DNA of 64,000 nucleotides from a virus, in the IMG/VR virus record IMGVR_UViG_3300045988_133735; one strand, given 5' to 3'. A model generated the notes under the pieces. It was not told the origin of the DNA and did no database searches. It saw only the letters and a program-made list of their open reading frames with translations. Below are positions 54,881 to 62,396 of the stretch, one piece after another. Every line of letters begins with the position of its first letter. Within the stretch, counting starts at the first letter, position 1. The position numbers were made by a program, and so were the translations under genes.

Positions 54881-55079
54881 AGAAGCTGAAGAGCTATATA
54901 TTTTGATCAGTTTGGGCGAATTGGTCAATATGCAACGAAATGTATATTTATTCAAATGTTCAATCATTCAATTCACAATTCAAAAAAATCAGAAACGAAA
55001 TAGCGAATGGGTTTGGGCGAAGTCCAATCGCGAAGCGCCTCTGATTTGAAGCCGTGGCGAGCGATGAGCGAGTGGCGGC

Positions 55080-55268
55080 GAAAAAAATTTAGAAAAAGAA
55101 TAGGATGTTTGATGTAGTGATGATGATGTGATAGTGATGGTTGTGTAGTAAGAGGATTATAGGAGTTAAAAGGATTGTTAAGGGAAAAAGAACCATCAGG
55201 GAGAACGGAGAGAAGGAAGCGAAAGCGAAGAAGCAGCGGAGAAGAAAGCAGGGAAGGAGAAAACCTTT
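55080..55268 (+). other. Cytosine-free / polypurine GGA-rich leader tract
   Basis: No C between 55080 and 55192 (113 nt). 55193-55265 is almost pure purine with almost no T. At least 10 GGA/AGGA motifs. Confidence 0.7.
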
Positions 55269-55616
55269 ATGACTAGTTTTGAGTGCGGCCAGTACAAATT
55301 CACCCTCGATAAGTTCGTTGAGCTGGTTCAGCAGTACGATCAGTTCTCGATTCGGAGCGGTGATGATTCGTCGTTCGCCATGATTCGAGTTCCGACCAAG
55401 TGGGTTAAGATCGAGAAGGGCGCGGCTGGTGAGGACTTTATCACTTGTCGTAACAAGCGTAAGCGAGATGGTCATCTGTTCGAGATCAACGGCGACAAGG
55501 TGACTTACGAGATCAAAAGTACTGTTGGAGGTTTGGAGGGGTATCTTAAGTCGGACCTCGGCGAAGCCGCGTTCTACGTTTCGATGTGGTCGGATAGCGG
55601 CGACACAGACAAATAA
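55269..55616 (+). CDS. Hypothetical protein (115 aa)
   Basis: GGAAGGAGAAAA upstream. Confidence 0.55.
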   Translation: MTSFECGQYKFTLDKFVELVQQYDQFSIRSGDDSSFAMIRVPTKWVKIEKGAAGEDFITCRNKRKRDGHLFEINGDKVTYEIKSTVGGLEGYLKSDLGEAAFYVSMWSDSGDTDK

Positions 55617-55640
55617 TAACGAAAGAAGGAACGATAAATC

Positions 55641-55985
55641 GTGGAAGAAATCATAATGAAAGCCATTCCTGAGCACGGCGGCGTGTCGATGACTCGAGCC
55701 GAACAGGAAACCATTATCACGATCGGGGCGCTGGACAAGATTGCCGAGGTATGTTCTAACGATCCAATCTATTGGCGCAAGCTCGATGCTATGTGTGAAA
55801 AGTCTCCCGATGACTATAAGCTGACGAAGATTCATCGCACCAAGGACGGTTTGATTCTGTGCAAGTGGTACACAGTGCCGCGCAAACTGCTTGGGTTCAG
55901 ATCTTCACGTGTCTATACGGAAGAGCAGCGGGCACAGATTGCAGAACGATTCAAACAGTATCGAGAAGCGAAGGTCGAGCTTTGA
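55641..55985 (+). CDS. Hypothetical protein (about 110-114 aa)
   Basis: Start is GTG 55641 or ATG 55656. Confidence 0.5.
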   Translation: MEEIIMKAIPEHGGVSMTRAEQETIITIGALDKIAEVCSNDPIYWRKLDAMCEKSPDDYKLTKIHRTKDGLILCKWYTVPRKLLGFRSSRVYTEEQRAQIAERFKQYREAKVEL

Positions 55986-56690
55986 TCGCTTCCAGAATCA
56001 ATTCTTAGCCTGAAACGTCCTTATACGATAAGGGTTTCTCAGACATATAGTGATTCTGTAATGAAACTGCTATATCAGCACCAAATATGTGTCTACACCC
56101 CTTATTGCATAAGGGGGAAATGGCATAATATGAAACGAGGTGATATCGTGAAGGCATTCGATAACACATCTTAGGCGAATACACTCGTGGCAATCACCGC
56201 AAGACAGTTATCGTAAAACATCGAGATGAATACGTATTTCAGTTACGGCTGCCGGTTGACCGACAGTTACGCAAAGGTAGGATGAGGTATCCCGGGGCGG
56301 AGGGGCCTGCTTTCAGCCTCTGAACGAGTCGACGGAGTCAGACCCAGAACCACTGAACGCCGAGCAAGGCGATTTGGTTGCAAAACGCCCGAAACTCAAC
56401 AAAGTAGCTCATCAAAGTTCGACAGAAGCTCATCAATTGAACTCAATCAACGCGAGTTGAACGGGTACTGATCAACTTCGGGACCTTTTTAAGATCAATC
56501 TTGAGAGCTTAAAAGAGCAACAACATCATTTAGATCTCGATGAATAATAATGCATAAATATGCAGAAAGGACGAATAATATACAATGATTTATGCATAGC
56601 TAATTGAGGCGCTGCCTAACGCCTATTATAAATAAGGTAGTCGACAAAAATGACACAAAAAATATATTTAAGTTCTGTTTATAATGACAA

Positions 56691-56719
56691 TTGACGACAC
56701 AGAGAAAATGTGTTATCAT
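56691..56719 (+). promoter_or_regulatory. Sigma70-type promoter with extended -10
   Basis: TTGACG (56691-56696), 17-nt spacer ending in TGT, TATCAT (56714-56719). Confidence 0.6.
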
Positions 56720-56764
56720 CATTTCACAAACAGGACTTAAATATACATAAGGGAGGAAAAACAA

Positions 56765-58264
56765 GTGAATGAGAACGAAAACGTAGCGATGCAGCTGGCG
56801 ACCACAAGGAAGTTCGGCGAGCTTGAGATTCAGGTCTACGAGAATCCGGCGGTCGGTCACAGCAGGGTACAGGATGATTTCTGGATGACACGGGAGCAGA
56901 TTGGCACTGCATTGGAATACGATAAGCCGAATGAACGTATCGGCAAGATTCATCAACGTAACGCAGATCGTCTTGACCCACTTTCAACTTTGGTCAAAAT
57001 GACCAAGGTTGAAGGCAATAGAACGGTAAAACGTGAAATTATTTGTTACAATCTGCGTGGTGTTATGGAGATCTGCCGCTACAGCACCCAGCCTAAAGCG
57101 AACGCCTTCATTGATTTCTGCTGGGATGTGATGGTCGCTCTGATGCAGGGCGAAACCGTATCTCTGGACAGAGGGAAGATGAGTGATGTAGAGTTGCGGC
57201 GACAGGCACGCTTTGATGTTATGACTCAAGGCATTGAAGAACTTCGCCAGTCTCAGATTCAGCTTTGTTCTCAGATGGCCGAGATGGAAGAAAAGCGCCG
57301 GCAGGACAGGGAAGCTCTTGAGAATTTGATCCATTTCACAAAAGCAGACCTTGAGAAGGCAGAACGCATTGTGAGCAAGAACGACATCATTATCTCCACA
57401 ATTGAACAGATCAAGAAGCAGCTGGCAACGACTATCCAGCAGCCAACTTATCAGAATGGTTCTTATACTCCGCGTAAGACTTACATTCAGCCAGCAGAAA
57501 CTTCGTGGAAACATGACGTTAAGGAGATGGTGAGAAAAATCTCCCACATTGAGGGTGTGCCCCAAAAAGACATCTTTAACGGCATGTACAAAACCTTCGA
57601 GAAAGAGTTCGGATGGTCGGTATACGAAGAACGAAAGCTCTACGCGAAGAAAAAGGATATTTCGGATATTTATTCGATCCCGCTCATTGATATTGTGGAG
57701 ATGGCCAACGATAACATTCGGTCAAGTTTCTATTGCCGACTCAAGGATCGCTATGAGAACGATCTTTTTGATCCCGAGGAAGCAAAGAGGCAGCCGCATG
57801 TGAGCAAGCGAAATCCGCCGATGATCCCTGCCAGCATGATTCCTACACGGCATAAGTTTGAAGATTTTCCGAGTGTGTTGTCTCCTGAAAATCCGGGCGG
57901 CAATGATATCAAGGTTGTAGCAGAGGTTCAGGCAGTTGAAGTTGAAGCTCCAACGGTTGAAACGCCGGTGGCTGAAGCTCTGGTGGTCAAAGAACCGAAA
58001 AAGAAATATTACTACAAGCCGAGCATTACACTTCCGATCGTTGAACCCATTGCAAAAAAGCTGGGTGATAAGACGATTGGGTATTGGGTTACCTATGCAA
58101 AGATCTATGACACGATCGGCGTTGTCAAGATGGATCGTATGCGCAAGGCGTATGTACGTTCTCATAATAAGCCGCCCAAGGCTACTCCTGATATTTTCCA
58201 ACATTCTGATAAGAATATGAAAGTGTTTAAGGAAGCCGCAAAGATTGTGGCGGCAGCTATCTAA
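56765..58264 (+). CDS. Bro-N / antirepressor-family protein (499 aa)
   Basis: N-terminal ..FGELEIQVYEN....DFWMTREQIGTALEY..P...I.KIH.RN.. resembles the Bro-N/ANT fold. GTG start with GGGAGGAAAAA upstream. Confidence 0.55.
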   Translation: MNENENVAMQLATTRKFGELEIQVYENPAVGHSRVQDDFWMTREQIGTALEYDKPNERIGKIHQRNADRLDPLSTLVKMTKVEGNRTVKREIICYNLRGVMEICRYSTQPKANAFIDFCWDVMVALMQGETVSLDRGKMSDVELRRQARFDVMTQGIEELRQSQIQLCSQMAEMEEKRRQDREALENLIHFTKADLEKAERIVSKNDIIISTIEQIKKQLATTIQQPTYQNGSYTPRKTYIQPAETSWKHDVKEMVRKISHIEGVPQKDIFNGMYKTFEKEFGWSVYEERKLYAKKKDISDIYSIPLIDIVEMANDNIRSSFYCRLKDRYENDLFDPEEAKRQPHVSKRNPPMIPASMIPTRHKFEDFPSVLSPENPGGNDIKVVAEVQAVEVEAPTVETPVAEALVVKEPKKKYYYKPSITLPIVEPIAKKLGDKTIGYWVTYAKIYDTIGVVKMDRMRKAYVRSHNKPPKATPDIFQHSDKNMKVFKEAAKIVAAAI

Positions 58265-58513
58265 GCTATCTACTTTCCTCCATTGTCCTTGGGACTGACA
58301 GCCGGGAAAGACCGGCATATATCCGGGTGTAGCGAAGCTGGTATCGCGCCAAATTTGGGATTTGGAGATTTCGCCCGTTCAAGTCGGGTCACTCGGACCA
58401 TGGTGCAGGGTCTTTCCTTTCTACCTGTGCCTATTGTGTGTATAAAACGGTTTCCATTAGACGAAACCGCGTGGCTGAAAATGCCGAGCAGGTACGATAA
58501 TCCTGCCTTATAT

Positions 58514-58900
58514 GGGCCCGAAAGGTTTTCGACAGGGCTATGAAAATTCACAATTCGCAGGTCGGCCATCACCTTACGAGGCAAAAAACAATAAACGCTA
58601 ACTACAATAGTTATCGCTGCGCGGCTTGATGCCGTGCCCAAAACAGCATCCTGATAGGCAGGTAAATGTTTGATGGTTCAAAGAATAAATCCCGGAACCC
58701 GATGTAAACGGTAATAAACACCGGCGTTCTCGGACGCTAAAACCGAGTGGTGGAGTGATGTAACAAACCGTTACGTCCCTGGGTTTGCTGTGTTGGCGGC
58801 ATGAATTCCTTTCAAAAATTCTAAATGCTAACTATTGCGTAAGAAGATTGTGTACGAGTAATAGTTCTGGACGTGGGTTCGAATCCCACCGGGTCCACCA
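58514..58900 (+). ncRNA. ssrA: tmRNA (transfer-messenger RNA)
   Basis: 5' GGGCCCGAAAGGTTTTCGACAGGG and 3' GGACGTGGGTTCGAATCCCACCGGGTCCACCA. The acceptor stem has a G3-U70 pair. Candidate tag frame GCT AAC TAC AAT AGT TAT CGC TGC GCG GCT TGA (58597-58629) gives ANYNSYRCAA. 387 nt. Confidence 0.85.
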
Positions 58901-59263
58901 GTGGCGCAAGCCGCAAAGCTAGGTTCGATGCGACAGCGTAGTGTAGTGCGAGGTCGCTGGGGTGGCGCAATTCCACCGTGGATGCAATGCATTCATAACG
59001 CTTTGACCGAAATTGTGCGAACAGACTGCGACGGGGTAGCTCCTCGTGGAGTGAGGGTCTGGTGACAACATGAGTAGGCGATAGGATGACCTGCGAAAGT
59101 GGTCTAGTCAGTTTGGTGCCCGGACTGGCGGAGAGTGGATTTAAAAGGGCAGCCTTTGAGGATGGACTCTGGGGAAGACAAAATGTACCTAGTTGTATCT
59201 GCTGACGCGGTTAAGTCGCATTGCACATCGCCGATGCTGTTACATGGTTAAATCCTCCTCTCT

Positions 59264-59339
59264 GTGGCGTTAGTTCAGTTGGCAGAACACTTGGCTCATA
59301 ACCGAGTAGTCGTGGGTTCAAAGCCCTCACGCCGCACCA
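59264..59339 (+). tRNA. tRNA with CAT anticodon (elongator Met or Ile2), CCA encoded
   Basis: Cloverleaf folded by hand: acceptor GTGGCGT/ACGCCGC, D arm GTTC/GAAC, anticodon loop CTCATAA, T loop TTCAAAG. One U-U mismatch in the T stem. Not initiator-like. Confidence 0.75.
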
Positions 59340-59368
59340 TTTCGTGTACGAATATCAACAAATCAAAA

Positions 59369-59390
59369 AGAGGTAAATCAAAATGGCTGA
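59369..59390 (+). repeat. 22-bp perfect direct repeat, copy 1 (AGAGGTAAATCAAAATGGCTGA)
   Basis: Identical to 59625-59646. Contains the SD and the ATG GCT GA start. Confidence 0.9.
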
Positions 59391-59646
59391 GAATGCAGCT
59401 AAAAATACCGAAAGATATCAATCCTATAAACTTCAATGGATGTTGGATCATGGACACACATTAGAGGAAATTTTTAGAGAACTCTACATGATTCAAAAGG
59501 AATACTTGGAAGACGGAGAGTCATGCCCAAGCATTTGGACGTTGTTGGATCGATGGGAAAAGGATATTGGGTTTGGTGGAGAATGTTGGGCTTGCTTTGA
59601 TGAATGGCTGGAGAATGAAGGTAGAGAGGTAAATCAAAATGGCTGA
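59383..59646 (+). CDS. Hypothetical protein (87 aa) bracketed by the 22-bp repeats
   Basis: The SD and start lie in repeat copy 1. The stop lies in repeat copy 2. Confidence 0.55.
   Translation: MAENAAKNTERYQSYKLQWMLDHGHTLEEIFRELYMIQKEYLEDGESCPSIWTLLDRWEKDIGFGGECWACFDEWLENEGREVNQNG
59625..59646 (+). repeat. 22-bp perfect direct repeat, copy 2
   Basis: Identical to 59369-59390. Supplies the SD and start of the radical SAM gene. Confidence 0.9.
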
Positions 59647-60310
59647 CAAGTATCTCAGTATCATTACAAACTTCGGCTGCCACTATAGCTGCCCTGAGTG
59701 TATTGTCCGCAATAACAAGCTCAAGATGACACCGACAGACGAGTATTCTTCTTATATGCAGTTAGAGCATGTTCTGAAGAACGAATGTAATGACTGTAAT
59801 TGGGTATCTGTGTCTGGCGGCGGTGATCCACTTTATCACTGGTGGGAACATCAGGCGTGGTGGACAGGATTCTTTTCGGTGTGTAAAGAACTTGGTCGCA
59901 AGATTGAGTTGCATACGAGCTATTATGATTTTGATCATGATGATGGAATTTTAATGTTTCCATTCGAACAGTTTGATAGAGTTGTGTATCATTTGCATTG
60001 TGCAGAGGAGCTTTATAAGATTTGTCGCCGGGGTAAAGAAATCGTTCGAGTGGTATTCGTTGTGGACGATTCTATGGACGAATACGAAGTTAGCAGGATT
60101 TCAGCTATTGTTCAAGAAAGCGACGATATCGACGAGCTTACATTCCGGCAACGCGTGGATGCAAACTATAAGCCGACCTATCATTTGCGCGGTCTCCTGC
60201 TGGCGGGGCATAAAAAGGCTTGGTGGTATGTGACACAGTGCGATTACAATACTTACTTCCACAACGGTAAACTGTACACGAAGTACACGGATATCTTTGA
60301 GAAGGAGTAA
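59639..60310 (+). CDS. Radical SAM domain protein (223 aa; NrdG/QueE-sized)
   Basis: N-terminal CHYSCPEC (CxxxCxxC) and ..VSGGGDPL.. (a SAM-binding GGE-like motif). Confidence 0.5.
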   Translation: MADKYLSIITNFGCHYSCPECIVRNNKLKMTPTDEYSSYMQLEHVLKNECNDCNWVSVSGGGDPLYHWWEHQAWWTGFFSVCKELGRKIELHTSYYDFDHDDGILMFPFEQFDRVVYHLHCAEELYKICRRGKEIVRVVFVVDDSMDEYEVSRISAIVQESDDIDELTFRQRVDANYKPTYHLRGLLLAGHKKAWWYVTQCDYNTYFHNGKLYTKYTDIFEKE

Positions 60311-60315
60311 TTCAG

Positions 60316-60624
60316 ATGTACATTGTCGTAAGCGATTATACCAACGAAAAAGTTGACATCTACAAATCAGTAAGTTTCGATAAAGCATTTCAGGCGAGAA
60401 GCGATGCGATTGATTTTGCTGCCCGTAGCTATCAGAGCTTCTTTGACAATATGCCCAGCGATGAAGCTGCACGGTATGAAAACGCAACGCGAATTAACAC
60501 TGACTCTTATGCGGATTTCTGTGGGTGTGCTTTGTGTCCGTATCCCGAGTATGCTATCGGAGCTGCGGTTGATAATGGTGAAGATAATCACATGTACTAC
60601 ATGGTATTTAAGGTGGAGGAGTGA
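60316..60624 (+). CDS. Hypothetical protein (102 aa)
   Basis: GAAGGAG upstream. Confidence 0.55.
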   Translation: MYIVVSDYTNEKVDIYKSVSFDKAFQARSDAIDFAARSYQSFFDNMPSDEAARYENATRINTDSYADFCGCALCPYPEYAIGAAVDNGEDNHMYYMVFKVEE

Positions 60625-60628
60625 TTTC

Positions 60629-60730
60629 ATGAAGCGATACCTTGTAAGCGTTTGGATACGACAGTCTTATTCCATTTGTGGCAAAAAGCTGAGACCGGAT
60701 TCTGAGGTAGTAAGTTATGAAAAAACATAA
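60629..60730 (+). CDS. Small basic peptide (33 aa), tentative
   Basis: GGTGGAGGAG lies 8 nt upstream of ATG 60629. Confidence 0.35.
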   Translation: MKRYLVSVWIRQSYSICGKKLRPDSEVVSYEKT

Positions 60731-60941
60731 AGATTTATTGCTGGCAGCCTGCGCATCGGCTGTTTCGTTTTTGAGTCTCGATGATGTTTTTGAGAAACTT
60801 CTACGGCACATCTCGCTTGTTCAAATGGCAACAGGAAACATAAGTTCTCTTTACGGACGTGTCAGCGAGTTGGCTCTTTCGGTATCTGTGGCTCTGTCGC
60901 TTGCGATTGGAGCTGTGGTATATATTTTATTCAAAAATTAA
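60717..60941 (+). CDS. Small membrane protein (74 aa)
   Basis: Two hydrophobic segments. Sits upstream of the SPFH gene. Confidence 0.5.
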   Translation: MKKHKDLLLAACASAVSFLSLDDVFEKLLRHISLVQMATGNISSLYGRVSELALSVSVALSLAIGAVVYILFKN

Positions 60942-60953
60942 AAGGAGGAACGA

Positions 60954-61865
60954 ATGAAGAAGTTCAAAAAGATTTTCGTGGTTTCGTGTGCAATCGTGAT
61001 GGCGTTGACCTTTACGGGGTGTACCAAGAAAGAGGTGTATACAATCGAACCTCATGAAACTGCATTTCTGATTTCACTCTCTGAGGGCGGTGGGAAACAG
61101 GCGTCCTTTGAGAGTGAGGCAATGCTCGCTGAAGCAAAGGTGGCAGCCAAACAGGTGTACATTACTTACTCGAAGCGACATCTGTCGCCGACTGACATCA
61201 TTGGTACTTGGGTACCGGATAACATGTTGGTTGTCGTCAATAGAACTCCTGTTACTCGTGAATGGTCCGAGGGCAAGGACAGTGGCACCAGCACTGTCAA
61301 CCAGTCCATCTCTGCCGAAAGCAAGGAGTCTATTGGCTTCTCTGTCGGTATGAACTGCTCTGCTCAGATCTACACTGAAAACGATGCAGTCAAGTTCCTG
61401 TATTCCTACAACAACAAACAGCTCTCCGAGATTATGGATACTGAAATCCGTGCTCGTGTTGAAGCTGACTTTGTTGAAATGTGCGCCAAGTACACCATGA
61501 ATGAGATCCTTGAGAAGAAGGCCGAGATCATGGAGTATGTCCGCAAGGATGTGACTGAGTATTTTGCAGAACGCGGTATCACGATTACTGTCCTTGGTAT
61601 GAAGGATGGCATTGAGTACGACGATGCGTCTGTTCAGGCTGCTATTAACAAGTCCTTTGTGGCTGAGCGCAATGATGAGGCGCAGGAGATTGAGAATCAG
61701 ACTAAGATTTCCAAGGCGAACGCAGAAGCCGAGGCGAATAAAATCATCTCTGAGTCTCTGACTGACCGGCTGATTCAGCAGCAGATGTATGAAAAGTGGG
61801 ATGGTAAGCTTCCTACTTATGTCGGCGGCGATGCCAGCATTCCTGTACTGAACGATATGAAGTAA
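60954..61865 (+). CDS. SPFH/band-7 (stomatin-prohibitin-like) domain lipoprotein
   Basis: Signal peptide ending ..LTFTGC. The central region, with a coiled-coil ..AERNDEAQEIENQTKISKANAEAEANKII.., is typical of SPFH proteins. AAAGGAGG upstream. Confidence 0.6.
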   Translation: MKKFKKIFVVSCAIVMALTFTGCTKKEVYTIEPHETAFLISLSEGGGKQASFESEAMLAEAKVAAKQVYITYSKRHLSPTDIIGTWVPDNMLVVVNRTPVTREWSEGKDSGTSTVNQSISAESKESIGFSVGMNCSAQIYTENDAVKFLYSYNNKQLSEIMDTEIRARVEADFVEMCAKYTMNEILEKKAEIMEYVRKDVTEYFAERGITITVLGMKDGIEYDDASVQAAINKSFVAERNDEAQEIENQTKISKANAEAEANKIISESLTDRLIQQQMYEKWDGKLPTYVGGDASIPVLNDMK

Positions 61866-61954
61866 CCTCGTAGGAACGGAGACATTAAACCCGTGTCCTG
61901 AGATCAACACAAGATCTAAAAACTGTGTGGCAGCTCGGAAAGACGAGCAAGTAT

Positions 61955-62037
61955 GTTTCGGTGCTGGAATCGGCAGACAGGGGAGTCTCAAAAACTTCTG
62001 CGAAAGCATGTGGGTTCAAGTCCCATCCGAAACACCA
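61955..62037 (+). tRNA. tRNA-Leu (CAA), class II, CCA encoded
   Basis: Acceptor GTTTCGG/CCGAAAC, 3-bp D stem CTG/CAG, anticodon loop CTCAAAA, long variable arm TGC-GAAA-GCA, T loop TTCAAGT. Confidence 0.8.
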
Positions 62038-62160
62038 TGGGTGAGTTGCGTCGCCCAAAAATCTCCTTTTCCTCACAAATGCTTAGTGGCTCATGAGTTC
62101 CAGACATGAATCACCGTGACTGAACAAGTCGTAGCAGGTACGCAATCCTGTTTTTGATAA

Positions 62161-62246
62161 GTCGGTATGGTGGAATAGGCGAGACACGTCTGCTTTAGGG
62201 ACAGATGCTTAAGTGCATGTGAGTTCAAATCTCACTACCGACACCA
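62161..62246 (+). tRNA. tRNA-Leu (TAG), class II, CCA encoded
   Basis: Acceptor GTCGGTA/TACCGAC, D stem GTG/CAC, anticodon loop TTTAGGG with a C-A mismatch at 31-39, long variable arm, T arm GTGAG/CTCAC. Confidence 0.7.
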
Positions 62247-62304
62247 ATCTCGCATGGGTAGGATCTTTAGCGGTCAGATCCGGCCGCGCCTGTGCGAGAT
62301 ACCA
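62247..62304 (+). ncRNA. 58-nt tRNA-like mini-element ending in ACCA (tentative)
   Basis: Starts at the base after the preceding tRNA. An 8-bp closing helix ATCTCGCA/TGCGAGAT encloses the hairpin GGATCT-ttagcggtc-AGATCC and GGC-cgc-GCC. No canonical D or T arms. Confidence 0.25.
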
Positions 62305-62396
62305 CCCCCCTGTGGGGAATGTTAAATTTTTCCATGTACGTTATTCTCGGCTCGCTCGAAAGAGTGCAGCGTGCCTTTGTAAGCCGAGTATTTTAT

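Noticed and set aside
62161-62246. Reading this tRNA as an ochre suppressor (anticodon TTA) with a 9-nt anticodon loop.
   Set aside because: The standard 7-nt loop TTTAGGG, with a tolerated C-A mismatch at 31-39, gives anticodon TAG (Leu). That reading matches the class II long variable arm and the G at position 37. The suppressor reading needs a non-standard loop.
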